From the NCBI GenBank assembly GCA_016866495.1, contig VGMG01000003.1:3557-67556 (forward strand): DNA of 64,000 nucleotides. Reading direction: 5' to 3'. The position numbers and the translations under genes were made by a program. Under the pieces are notes generated by a model that was not told where the DNA came from, did not search any database, and saw only the letters and a list, made by a program, of their open reading frames with translations. This stretch comes from Chlamydiota bacterium. Its GTDB lineage: Bacteria; Chlamydiota; Chlamydiia; Chlamydiales; RGXB01. This document shows positions 18,383 through 28,323 of the stretch, piece by piece. The number at the start of each line of letters is the position of its first letter. The stretch's first letter is position 1.

Positions 18383-19926
18383 TGAATCCACAACTAAAAA
18401 ACACCCTTATCGGAGCTTTCGTAGCAATCGCTATAGGTCTTGTAGTGGGGATGATTCTTTTTATCGAACCCTCTTCAGGAGATGGCAAACAGGAGATACG
18501 AGTCTATTTTACAAATATCTCCGGAATCACTACTGGAACAAGGGTAAATCTGGCCGGTCAAACGATCGGAGAGGTCCACGATATACGACAAATTCCTGAT
18601 GCTCGACAAAAAGCTCCTACAAAAGATGGGGAAGCGGTCTATTTTTACGAAGTGGTTTTGCGTGTCGATTCAAAAGTGATCGTCTATACAACTGATAAAA
18701 TAGGGACAAAAACGATAGGTCTATTGGGAGATATCGTCATTTCTATAACCCCTGTTTATCTTCCAAGTAATGTCAAGCCTAGACGCGTCACAAGCGAATG
18801 TCCGATGTATGCTAAATCGGGCGACGCAATTGATGATGCATTCAAACAACTCACAAATCTTGCCAGCGAAATGGACAAAACTTTCCAAAAAGTCAACGAG
18901 TGGCTCGATGAAAATTCAGATAACCTTTCAAATGCGGTGCACTACGTTGGGCAAGCACTTAAAGAAATTAGCATAGCAGTGAAAGATTTCAATGATATGG
19001 ATGTGATGCAGGAGGTAAAAGCCTCTCTTGCAAATTTTGCGAAAGGGATGGAGCTTATTGACGAGGCTTTGCAAAAGATTAAAGATGGAAATGGCTTTCA
19101 AGATCTCCCTGTGATCGTCAATAACATAAGATCTATTACCGATTCCATCAATACGATCGCCTGTACTCTTGCAAGCGGTAAAGGTTCAATTGGACCGCTT
19201 TTGATGAACGATGAGGTCTATTTCAAAGTCAACACGCTTCTTACTAAAGCAAATATCACCCTCAACGACATCAACCAATACGGGCTTCTATTCTCCTATA
19301 ATAACGACTGGAAGAAGACCAGAATCAAAAAAATTACTGAAATGAATTTGATCCGCTCACCCCAGGACTTTAGAAATTATTACTCCAAAGATTTGGATGA
19401 AATGAATAGAGCAGTTTCTCGTATCGGCCAGCTCTCCAATTCCTGTGATTCACCCTACTTCCGTAACCACAATTTCCAAAAAGAATTCAAAGAGCTTCAA
19501 GACATGCTTAAAGAGCTTCAAGGGAGTTTGAACCGCGTCCAAGAAGAGCTTGCCTACCCTAGCTGTAGCGAAAACACCTCACCCTGTGTCCCTCCACCTA
19601 AAGTAGAGCCAATTAAAAACTGCAGCCCCGCACCCTCTTCTTGTCCTGCTTCAAATTGTGAAAGAGCCGCCCCTTCAACTCCTGCTTCAAATTGTGAAAC
19701 CCCTAATAAAAGCAACGACACGTCTAATAAAGTATGCCCTGAGACCTCCTCTTCTGTAGAACCAAGTTCCATGGGACCAAACAATCAACCTCAGGAACAA
19801 AAAAAATCGGTTCCCGCACTGAAAAAAAAGAGCGTGCACCTCCCCCTAGAGCCAGTTATGAACGATGAAGACCGCTCTATGCTGGAGGAGCTCGAAAATT
19901 TCTTAAGACAAAGGAAAGGCCGATGA
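18382..19926 (+). CDS. mlaD: MCE/MlaD-domain protein with long coiled-coil and Cys/Pro/Ser-rich C-terminal extension
   Basis: Track ORF is 18358..19926. I prefer the ATG at 18382 (TGATG junction with mlaF). N-terminal TM, then an MCE-like region YFTNISGITTGTRVNLAGQTIGEV. About 350 extra residues follow. Confidence 0.65.
   Translation: MNPQLKNTLIGAFVAIAIGLVVGMILFIEPSSGDGKQEIRVYFTNISGITTGTRVNLAGQTIGEVHDIRQIPDARQKAPTKDGEAVYFYEVVLRVDSKVIVYTTDKIGTKTIGLLGDIVISITPVYLPSNVKPRRVTSECPMYAKSGDAIDDAFKQLTNLASEMDKTFQKVNEWLDENSDNLSNAVHYVGQALKEISIAVKDFNDMDVMQEVKASLANFAKGMELIDEALQKIKDGNGFQDLPVIVNNIRSITDSINTIACTLASGKGSIGPLLMNDEVYFKVNTLLTKANITLNDINQYGLLFSYNNDWKKTRIKKITEMNLIRSPQDFRNYYSKDLDEMNRAVSRIGQLSNSCDSPYFRNHNFQKEFKELQDMLKELQGSLNRVQEELAYPSCSENTSPCVPPPKVEPIKNCSPAPSSCPASNCERAAPSTPASNCETPNKSNDTSNKVCPETSSSVEPSSMGPNNQPQEQKKSVPALKKKSVHLPLEPVMNDEDRSMLEELENFLRQRKGR
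19474..19536. repeat. 63-bp dispersed repeat, copy 2
   Basis: 61/63 identical to 9241..9303. Encodes FQKEFKELQDMLKELQGSLNR inside the MlaD-like ORF. Confidence 0.9.
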
Positions 19927-20444
19927 AAAAAGGGACCAAAGAAATCAAAAAAGGGACTATTCTACTTAAAAGCCCCGAGGTTTCCAAAACCCCGTTCGAC
20001 CGCTCTGTGTATCTTGTTTGCGAACATTCAGAAAACGCAACTATTGGTTTAAGATTAGATCTCCCTTTTGTGGAAGAACTTCCCCTTGGAGTAGATGAAT
20101 TAGACCCTATTACCGTGAGGCGTTCAGGCGGAACAACCCAAAAAAAAGAGGTTTTTCTTTTGCACACCGATCCGACAGCCAAAGGGTTTACAGTTTGCGA
20201 GAATCTTTTTTTGGGTGGAGAACCCGATATCCATAAAGAAATTGCCCTTGTTGTAGGCTATACACTTTGGGGCCCTGGCAAACTTGTCGATGAATTTTTG
20301 CAAGGGGAATGGTACTTGGGAAACATGGATAAAAAATATCTGTTCCATACTCCACCAGAACAATTATGGCAAAAAGCCGTCAAAGATCTTGGTGGACGTT
20401 TTGCGTTTGTCTCTCACTTTCCAAAAGAACTCCATTCAAACTGA
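19923..20444 (+). CDS. yqgE: YqgE/AlgH family (UPF0301) protein
   Basis: GTILLKSPEVSKTPFDRSVYLVCEHSENATIGLRL...GGEP...VVGYTLWGPGKLVDEFLQGEWYL. ATGA overlap with the mlaD stop. Confidence 0.7.
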   Translation: MKKGTKEIKKGTILLKSPEVSKTPFDRSVYLVCEHSENATIGLRLDLPFVEELPLGVDELDPITVRRSGGTTQKKEVFLLHTDPTAKGFTVCENLFLGGEPDIHKEIALVVGYTLWGPGKLVDEFLQGEWYLGNMDKKYLFHTPPEQLWQKAVKDLGGRFAFVSHFPKELHSN

Positions 20445-20580
20445 TTTTTTAAAAAAAAATCTTCACCTTTTCCCTCGTAAATATGGATCCAAAACATCCT
20501 CAAAACCCTTTTTGCCTTTTCATAATTCTAAATTTTTGTTAAACATTGTCTTAACCAATCGTTAACAAAACGAGGAGTAT

Positions 20581-21444
20581 ATGAGCCTAGTAACATATTA
20601 TGGAAAATCATTCGCTTTGCCGAACTACCAAGACCCCAGTATCAGTTTTAATGAAGTGTACAAGAACCTTTCTCAATGGCACGAAGCGGTTAAGCCCGAT
20701 TTTGATGAGACCGTAGGAGAAATCGGTTCCACTATAGATGATATCCGAAACGCAACAAGACAACTTGAGGCAAATGCAAAAAGATTAAATGAAGAGGAAT
20801 TAAAAAAATTTGAACAACAATCGGCTTTGTTTCAACGTTTTTTTAAACGATTCCAAGAAACCCAAACCCACTCACATATTCTTCTAGACAATGTGAATAA
20901 AGGGATCAAATTTCTAGATCGCCCCCCTATTCAACCTATAGATGTCGAGACTTTAAAACACTTAAGTCCCGAAATCCAACGCCAAGTAGAAGTTCTACAG
21001 CTTACCTGCAAAAAATACTTGCAAGAGCTTGTAAAAATACAAAAATCTGTCGAGGCTACCTGTTCCCATTTTGATAAAAGAATTGGGGATTTATCAAGAC
21101 CGTTAGACTACCATTTAACTGTTGTGGCATCGAAGGGAAGTGTTGGGTACACCTCTTGGGGACTTAAAACGGTGGCGCACTGGTTCGTAAATCCTACCAT
21201 TAAAATAGAAGAAGCTCTAGTTGGCACATTGCCCTCTTCAAAAGAGTTTGATTCTATCGATGGCGAAGAAGCTGTTTCAGGAGGAATGGCAAGATTTAGC
21301 AACCAAGATGCCGTCTTACATTCAGACTCCTCTGTTGAAATGGCAGAAGGGATAAAAAAAAAAGAGGAGCCTGAGTCCAGTCCAGCTGCATCTAATCTCA
21401 CTAGAAGACAGCGAAAAGCCCTCAACAGAGGTTTTAACAGGTAG
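20581..21444 (+). CDS. hypothetical protein (coiled-coil, effector-like); A10 tract near the 3' end
   Basis: 287-aa ORF. A10 homopolymer at 21354-21363. The adjacent frame is open from 21356 to 21742. Confidence 0.45.
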   Translation: MSLVTYYGKSFALPNYQDPSISFNEVYKNLSQWHEAVKPDFDETVGEIGSTIDDIRNATRQLEANAKRLNEEELKKFEQQSALFQRFFKRFQETQTHSHILLDNVNKGIKFLDRPPIQPIDVETLKHLSPEIQRQVEVLQLTCKKYLQELVKIQKSVEATCSHFDKRIGDLSRPLDYHLTVVASKGSVGYTSWGLKTVAHWFVNPTIKIEEALVGTLPSSKEFDSIDGEEAVSGGMARFSNQDAVLHSDSSVEMAEGIKKKEEPESSPAASNLTRRQRKALNRGFNR

Positions 21445-21610
21445 TGTTAATTTAGATTCGCTCTCTTTCAATCCTTCTCAGATTGCTGTTCAACCCCAAG
21501 GTATTGAAGGGAAAGATCAGCAACCTGAGGAGATTGAAAATGCAGTTTTGCATGATACGAAAAAGGTGAAGCACCTATCTGCTATGGAAGAGCTTAAAGA
21601 CTTCTTTCAG

Positions 21611-23728
21611 CTATTCGTCAGTCGAAAGCCTAAGGCCTCTAAGGAAATTCGAGGAGAAGATGGTATCAATTCCTTCAAACTTTCCCCCCTTCACCTCTAT
21701 ATTAGCCGCCAAAACAGAAATGGAGGAAATGGTTCTATTTAACCGGTGAAGGTCAACTATCCGCTCTCTTTCCATTAGGGCCGGTAAAAAATGCATAGAG
21801 ATGAAAAGCTCTTTTTCCCCCTCTTTCCATTTGGATTTGCCATCAAGCATTTTAATCAGAGCGTAAAAAGCAGCCATTGTAACAGCCCCTACATCAACAC
21901 CATCTTTAGAGATGAAAACTATATGTCGGGGTTTACATATCTCAACGCTTTTAAGAATTAAAAGTAGATATACCGTTTCAATCCAATCTAAACGATTTTT
22001 TCGCGTGAGATCTTTTTTGTCTTTAAAGTTACAGGCCTCTACTGCATCAATTATAGACTCAAACATTTTCTTATCGACTTCTAGATCTTTAGGAAAATAA
22101 AATCCACACTGTATGCCCGACAAAAGCTGATCAAGAAATACTTTTTTGAACTGCTTTTTATCACTTAATTTGAGGTAGTCTTCAGATTGAAGGTAAAAGG
22201 GGGTAGAAACAGGTAAAGTCATAAGAGCTAAAATAGGCTGAAATTCAGCAGAAAGAGAAATTTTTTCCAATTCTCTGCAACGGGCAAATTCCTCTAATGA
22301 GGTTCTATCTTGCAAGTTCACCCAAAGAACCTTTTCATTTTGTAAAAGTGTCGATCTCAAAAATGCCTCATATTCGGGTATAGGCTGAGCCATATCAATC
22401 CGCTCTTGCATTGTCGGGCAAGGTTGTAGATATATAGAGGCTTTTTGATCTAAGTAACTCAAATCAAAAAATCGGTGACCGATATTACGCATTGCGTAAG
22501 GGTCAAAAACTGTATGCTGTTCTAGCTGCTGAAAAATCTCTATCACCTTAAATAGAGGGCCGCTGGGGTGTTTATTCAACTCTTTACCTAAAATCTCATG
22601 GATTTCCATGATCTCATGATAAGTTTCTAAATGGGACGGGTCTATGCTGTTTTTGTTTTTCTTTAGCTCTTTACCAATTAATTGGTAGATATAGGAAATA
22701 GCTCTTTGATGATCAAACTTCTGGGAAAAAATTGCAAAACATAAAGCATGGACTAACTCTAAAAAGTAACTAGAAAAACGATCCGACTCATCTGGAGGGT
22801 TATCGATGAGTTTTCCGTATCCCATATCAAACAAAAGCTCACGAATATAATTTTGGAAATCGCTAAAGTAGGAGAGACAACTTTTTTTCCCCCCTTGATC
22901 TATAAGATGGATCGGCTCAGCTGCAAAAGTCAAGGCGATATAAGCTTGATAAAATAGACGAACAATACGCTCTTGATCTCTTTTTGAGGCAAGCTGTAGC
23001 CACTTCTGAAATAGGGAACGAGTAGTATTTTTTATCGAACGAGCCGCTTTAGAAATAGAGTGGTCTTTAATCCTCTCTATTCGAATAATCGGATCCTCTT
23101 CATTTTGATTTAGCAAAAGCGTCTCAAAATCGGCAACAAGCCTTAGATGCCTTAATAGACTTTTATTATAGAATCTTGTTCCGTCTTCTTTTGTTAAAAA
23201 AAACAGTTCGTAATGCTTGTCTTTGGTGACTATCTCAAGATCGCGTAGCCCTTTTCTTTGGATATCGACTGGATCAAAATCCTCTTCTACCCACTCCTTA
23301 TACCAGCTCTCTTCTTTCTCGAGTGATTCCTCAAAACGTTTTTTTAAAGTCTCTTTATAAAAACCAATAAGATCTGTGAACTCTTTAGAAGAGCTGAATC
23401 GCTCCCCCTTTACACCCTGTTGCTGAAGAATACGGTCAATTTTGGTAGCAGCTTCAGAAGCAAGCTGGATAATAGACTGGACACCGCGTGCCAATTTCTG
23501 ATCGACAGATTTGACTTTGTTTACATCCTTTAGGTAGTTGTGGATTACTGTAAACTTCAATTTTAGAGCATCAGCATTTTTTTTCCCTTTTTCGACAGCT
23601 TCGTCAGAAGATAGGTCAATATCCACAACATCTGCAAGAATGTCTACTGCATCTAACAAAGCCTCAGTGTCTTGAGATTGCTGATCGTCCATATTTGGCC
23701 TTTTTCGTCCCTTTAAGAAAGAGTTCAC
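21611..23728 (-). CDS. hypothetical protein
   Basis: 705-aa uninterrupted ORF. No motif recognised. Confidence 0.5.
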   Translation of the reverse strand: MNSFLKGRKRPNMDDQQSQDTEALLDAVDILADVVDIDLSSDEAVEKGKKNADALKLKFTVIHNYLKDVNKVKSVDQKLARGVQSIIQLASEAATKIDRILQQQGVKGERFSSSKEFTDLIGFYKETLKKRFEESLEKEESWYKEWVEEDFDPVDIQRKGLRDLEIVTKDKHYELFFLTKEDGTRFYNKSLLRHLRLVADFETLLLNQNEEDPIIRIERIKDHSISKAARSIKNTTRSLFQKWLQLASKRDQERIVRLFYQAYIALTFAAEPIHLIDQGGKKSCLSYFSDFQNYIRELLFDMGYGKLIDNPPDESDRFSSYFLELVHALCFAIFSQKFDHQRAISYIYQLIGKELKKNKNSIDPSHLETYHEIMEIHEILGKELNKHPSGPLFKVIEIFQQLEQHTVFDPYAMRNIGHRFFDLSYLDQKASIYLQPCPTMQERIDMAQPIPEYEAFLRSTLLQNEKVLWVNLQDRTSLEEFARCRELEKISLSAEFQPILALMTLPVSTPFYLQSEDYLKLSDKKQFKKVFLDQLLSGIQCGFYFPKDLEVDKKMFESIIDAVEACNFKDKKDLTRKNRLDWIETVYLLLILKSVEICKPRHIVFISKDGVDVGAVTMAAFYALIKMLDGKSKWKEGEKELFISMHFLPALMERERIVDLHRLNRTISSISVLAANIEVKGGKFEGIDTIFSSNFLRGLRLSTDE

Positions 23729-23843
23729 TACTTTCTTTTCATACCAAAAAAAAGGACGTTCATCAACGTTATTTATAAAAAAAATTATAAGTTGATAAAA
23801 TTAGGTTAGATAGGGTCATTTGAGGCTAATCGAAGGGTGTTTT

Positions 23844-24989
23844 TTAGCGCTTTTGCCAAGTATAAATAAAAGCCGGAAGGCTCAAAAGGCCAAAGACTGC
23901 TGCCAAGGTAAAATTGAGGAAAAAAAAGTCCAATTCGGTATTTTCACGGACTAAAAAAAAGCCGGCAACAGTACTACCGATAAAAGAGCCTACAAATCTT
24001 AAAAGATAGTAAATGCTGTTGGCGCTACAACGATTTGCTTGGTTAAAAAGTCCCCAGCTGGCAGTGGCTGTAACAGGCAACACAAAAGCAAGCGCAAAGG
24101 CCAAAACTACTACAGACTCAGAAGAGTAACCTTTGTAGCTAATGAACCAAGCAAAAAAAAGGGAAATATAGCCAATAGAGTAAGGAATTCTCGAGCCAAC
24201 ACGGTCAAATATCCAGCCTGCTACCGGGCTAAATATCGGAAAAGGGAGGGCTAAAATGGAAAACCATATTCCGGCTTCAAATGGGGTAAGACCTAAATAG
24301 ATCTGGTATTCAGCGGGAAAAAAAATGAGTAAAGAAATGATCGCCTGCCAGAAAAGAGAGATAAAACAATGGCTAATAAACGAGCTGTTAAAAAATTCTT
24401 TGTATTCTATTTTTAAGTCTTTTTGCGGCTCTTTGTGTAAAGCAGGTAAAAATTTAGAAAAACAAAGACCAAGTAACAAAAAGGGTAAATTGGCTAAAAA
24501 AACCCCTTTTTGACCTATTTCTGCAACACCCCCCCCAATCACTGGCCCAAGAAAAAAGGTCAAGGTGATCAAAGCTGCAAATGTGCCGATCACGCGACCC
24601 CGAATGTCAAAAGGATAGATGTCCGACACATAAGTCGAACCTTGAGTCATACTGAAAGCTGCTGTTGCACCAAGACAAAAAAGCGAAATTAGTAAGAGAG
24701 CGCCCGAGATGCAAAAGGCCGCAATAAATGAGACAAACACATAGACCCAACTTGAAATAATCAACATTTTTTTGGGGCCGAAGCGGTCTCCAAATTTACC
24801 GGCGGGTATCAAAAAAATTATGGTGCCTAGTAGCATGCTAGGAATAATAAATTGCGATTCGATTTTAGTGAGGTTTAGGCTTTTGATTAGAGTGGGTATT
24901 GCCAAAAAAATATAGGACTGCGTTAGTATGCGTGGTAAAGTAAGAAAACTTACAAGAAGGAAAGGGAGGAAAGAAGCCTTTAATAACAT
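23844..24989 (-). CDS. MFS transporter
   Basis: About 12 hydrophobic helices. PAGKFGDRFGPKKML resembles the MFS loop 2-3 motif. Confidence 0.7.
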   Translation of the reverse strand: MLLKASFLPFLLVSFLTLPRILTQSYIFLAIPTLIKSLNLTKIESQFIIPSMLLGTIIFLIPAGKFGDRFGPKKMLIISSWVYVFVSFIAAFCISGALLLISLFCLGATAAFSMTQGSTYVSDIYPFDIRGRVIGTFAALITLTFFLGPVIGGGVAEIGQKGVFLANLPFLLLGLCFSKFLPALHKEPQKDLKIEYKEFFNSSFISHCFISLFWQAIISLLIFFPAEYQIYLGLTPFEAGIWFSILALPFPIFSPVAGWIFDRVGSRIPYSIGYISLFFAWFISYKGYSSESVVVLAFALAFVLPVTATASWGLFNQANRCSANSIYYLLRFVGSFIGSTVAGFFLVRENTELDFFFLNFTLAAVFGLLSLPAFIYTWQKR

Positions 24990-25099
24990 ACTCTTTCGAA
25001 TAGATTAAGAAAATTTAAAAGTCAAACCGAAAGGGTTAGAGTGTTTTAAGTGACATTTGGGTTTACCAAAAAAATCTTCTTTTGTATTATTTTTTCTTC

Positions 25100-26695
25100 A
25101 TGTTTCGTACTTTGATACCTTTAGGTCTCCTATCGATGACGTTGCTCTACCTCTCAAGAGAAACACAAGAAAACAGGCTCAGCCATCATCTTTTGCGTAT
25201 CAATATGACGCAAGATCCTTCCACTTTAGACCCTAGAAAAAGCTCTGACCAGTTCTCCTCAGCCCTACATTTCCAGCTTTACGAAGGTCTTATGAGGATT
25301 ACAAGAACCTCCACAGCAGAATTCGGTATGGCCAAAGAGGTGCATGTCTCAGAAGATAAAATGACCTACACTTTCGTTTTAAAGGATGCTCTTTGGTCCG
25401 ATAAAACCCCGGTTACAGCCTATGATTTCGAATATTCGTGGAAAGAGAGCATCAAGCCGAGCTTTTTTTGCCCGAACGCGCACATGCTGTACATCATCAA
25501 AAATGGGGAAAAAATTAAAATGGGGGAAATGGACCCAGATAGCTTTGGTGTTAAAGCCATCGATGAAAAAACGCTTCAAGTAGAGCTTGAGCACTCTGCT
25601 CCCTATTTTCTTCAGATGGTAAGCTTCCCCGTTTTTTTCCCGGTACCCAAAACAAAAGCACAAACCGATCCTAAATGGGCAAAAACACAACAACCTCCTG
25701 CTAATGGCCCTTTTACTTGTGTGGCATTTATGCCCAACGAAAAGATCATTTTAAAAAAGAATCTGTCTTATTGGGCTAAACATGAAGTGTTGCCACAGGA
25801 AATCCAGATTTTACTTATCAGAGATGAATCCACCGCTTTAAACCTATACGAACAAAAAGAGCTCGATCTGATCGGTGGGCCATTCACCACAATCCCGGTG
25901 GACTCAATCCATGATTTTCGAGAAAAAGAACAGCTACAAAAAAAGGATTTGGCACTTACGGTGTTCACTACATTTAACGTATGCTCTTTTCCGTTTAACA
26001 ATGCCCATATCCGGAAGGCTTTCAGCTTGGCAATTAATAGGGAATCGATTGTGGAAAATATCACCCAAAATGGGGAGAGCGCTGCTACTACATTTGTCCC
26101 ACCCATACTAAAAAAAGACAATCATCCCCTCTTCCCCTCATATGATCCCCAAGAGGCCAAACAAGAACTCCAAAAAGGGCTTAAAGAGCTTAAAATTTCC
26201 TCCTTACCTCCCCTAACATACCACTACCCCATCTTTGGATGTCACGACCGCATCGCTCAGACTTTGCAGGAGAATTTCAGAGACATTCTGGATGTTGAGG
26301 TGAAAATTGTGGGAACCGAGTTTAAGACTTTTCTTTCCTTACTCAACAACAAGCAGTACCAATTTGGACAATTTCTGTGGATTGCTATGTATAATGACCA
26401 GTACTCGATCTTAGAAAGATTTAAAAACAGGAAAAACTTCCGCAATTATCCGGGTTGGAAAAATAGGGATTTTGCGAATCTTTTAGAGCAATCAGAGACT
26501 ACTTTCGATTCTTTAGAGAGGGCTCGCCTTTTAGAGCAAGCTGAAAAAATTTTACTTGATGAGGCCCCATTAACTCCTATTTATCACGGAAATTACGTCT
26601 TTATGGAGCAAGATAGAATTGAGGGGTTTTATATCTCACCTATTGGTAGCCCCCATTTGCAGTGGATAACTTTTAAAGAAAATAAACCTTCTTGA
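25100..26695 (+). CDS. oppA: peptide ABC transporter substrate-binding protein (family 5, OppA-like), paralog 1
   Basis: Track ORF starts at 25082 (TTG); the ATG at 25100 is preferred. Signal peptide, then INMTQDPSTLDPRKSSD and YEGLMR. Colinear with paralog 2. Confidence 0.8.
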   Translation: MFRTLIPLGLLSMTLLYLSRETQENRLSHHLLRINMTQDPSTLDPRKSSDQFSSALHFQLYEGLMRITRTSTAEFGMAKEVHVSEDKMTYTFVLKDALWSDKTPVTAYDFEYSWKESIKPSFFCPNAHMLYIIKNGEKIKMGEMDPDSFGVKAIDEKTLQVELEHSAPYFLQMVSFPVFFPVPKTKAQTDPKWAKTQQPPANGPFTCVAFMPNEKIILKKNLSYWAKHEVLPQEIQILLIRDESTALNLYEQKELDLIGGPFTTIPVDSIHDFREKEQLQKKDLALTVFTTFNVCSFPFNNAHIRKAFSLAINRESIVENITQNGESAATTFVPPILKKDNHPLFPSYDPQEAKQELQKGLKELKISSLPPLTYHYPIFGCHDRIAQTLQENFRDILDVEVKIVGTEFKTFLSLLNNKQYQFGQFLWIAMYNDQYSILERFKNRKNFRNYPGWKNRDFANLLEQSETTFDSLERARLLEQAEKILLDEAPLTPIYHGNYVFMEQDRIEGFYISPIGSPHLQWITFKENKPS

Positions 26696-26775
26696 TCCCC
26701 TTGCTCTTAAAAGAATCTTTTTCATCTTTTAAAAAAACATTGACATTTGCTTTAATGTTCTGTTTTAATGCAGAA

Positions 26776-28323
26776 ATGTTCAAGTATCTTAGCATCTTTT
26801 TTTTACTGATACTTTCGGGCTGCTCCAAATCCTCTACGCCAGGAACTAAGAGGCCATTACACTTAAATATCAGCCAAGACCCTAGCACCTTTGATCCACG
26901 AAAAGCGGCCGATTTTTCCTCTTCTACCCTCACCTTCTTTCTTTATGAAGGATTGATGCGTTCCACCCCCGAAAATATTTACGAGCCCGCTTTAGCAGAA
27001 AAAGTAGAAGTCCTCAACAAAGGGCTTACGTATGTTTTTCACTTAAAAAAGGCTTTATGGTCTGACCGTTCCTCGATCACCGCCTACGATTTTGAGCGCT
27101 CCTGGAAAGAGATTCTGGACCCAAAATTCCCTTGTCCTAACGCCTATCTTTTTTATCCTATAGTAGGTGCCGAAGAGGCTAAAAAAGGGAATATTCACAA
27201 AGATAAGATCGGTATTAAGGCGATTGACGCACAAACTTTGAGGGTAGATTTAGCACAACCAACCCCCTATTTTTTGGAGCTCACAGCTTTTTGTACTTTT
27301 TTTCCCTATAAAGAGCTAGAATCCTCCTTTCCACTTTACAGTGGGCCCTATAGGCTGAAAGAATATAAAACGAAAGACCATATCGATCTGGAAAAGAATC
27401 CCACCTACTGGGGCAATTCCAGGGTTAAACTCGAGCAAATTCGCCTTTTTTTAGTAGACGAGTCTATGACTGCTTTGGAGATGTTCGAAAGAGGAGATAT
27501 CGATCTTATAGGGTCTTCATTCACAACGCTTCCTCTCGATTCTCTGCCGATGTTAAAAAAGCAGCACGACTTACAATCTGTCGACACTGCCGGGACAACC
27601 TTTTTATGTTTCAGTACCCTTTCAAAATATTTCAAAAATGAAAAGCTACGCCAGGCGTTTTTGCTTTCTATTGACCGTAAAGATTTAGTTGAAAACCTCA
27701 CATTTTTGAACGAAAAAGTGGCCACAAGCCTTTTGCCACCTATGTTACAAAGGGAGGAAGAGAGTCACTATGTATGGATCACAGACAGAAAAAAAGCAAG
27801 GGAGCTTTTCAGGGAAGCTTTAGAGGAGTTGCAATTAGCCAAAGAGGATTTAAAAATCCGCTTTACCTATTCGGCCGGTGGGGTTTTTCCCCAAATCGGA
27901 CAGGCTATTCAAGAGCAAATCCGTATAAGTCTTGATATCCATTTACAAATAGAGCAACTTGAGCCGAAAGTCTATTTAGACCGTCTTTATAAAAGAGACT
28001 TTGATTTAGCAGGAAGCTTTATACTTGCACAGTATTTGGATCCTTTAGCCTATCTTGATCGGTTCAAAAGCATCACCAACTTGAGGAATTATCCCTCATT
28101 TACAAATGAGCGTTACAGCTCTTTAATCGATCTATCCAACCAGACCCGTTCTTTAAAAGAGCGTGAAAAGCTCCTAAGACATGCCGAAAAAATTCTTATA
28201 GAATCGGCGACAGTTTTTCCTCTCTACCACTTTCGTAATGGGTTTGTTGTTTCAAAAAAGATTAAAAACCTTAAAACGTTCCCACAGGGAACACTCTATC
28301 TTGAGGAGGTGGAGATCACATGA
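26776..28323 (+). CDS. oppA: peptide ABC transporter substrate-binding lipoprotein (OppA-like), paralog 2
   Basis: Track ORF starts at 26692. The ATG at 26776 gives MFKYLSIFFLLILSGCSKS (lipobox LSGC). Then NISQDPSTFDPRKAADF and YEGLMR. Confidence 0.8.
   Translation: MFKYLSIFFLLILSGCSKSSTPGTKRPLHLNISQDPSTFDPRKAADFSSSTLTFFLYEGLMRSTPENIYEPALAEKVEVLNKGLTYVFHLKKALWSDRSSITAYDFERSWKEILDPKFPCPNAYLFYPIVGAEEAKKGNIHKDKIGIKAIDAQTLRVDLAQPTPYFLELTAFCTFFPYKELESSFPLYSGPYRLKEYKTKDHIDLEKNPTYWGNSRVKLEQIRLFLVDESMTALEMFERGDIDLIGSSFTTLPLDSLPMLKKQHDLQSVDTAGTTFLCFSTLSKYFKNEKLRQAFLLSIDRKDLVENLTFLNEKVATSLLPPMLQREEESHYVWITDRKKARELFREALEELQLAKEDLKIRFTYSAGGVFPQIGQAIQEQIRISLDIHLQIEQLEPKVYLDRLYKRDFDLAGSFILAQYLDPLAYLDRFKSITNLRNYPSFTNERYSSLIDLSNQTRSLKEREKLLRHAEKILIESATVFPLYHFRNGFVVSKKIKNLKTFPQGTLYLEEVEIT

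Noticed and set aside
21548-21742. A 64-aa ORF considered as an independent gene.
   Set aside because: It overlaps the 3' end of the convergent 705-aa gene. It is better explained as part of the alternative frame that opens at the A10 tract, which is reported as a finding instead.
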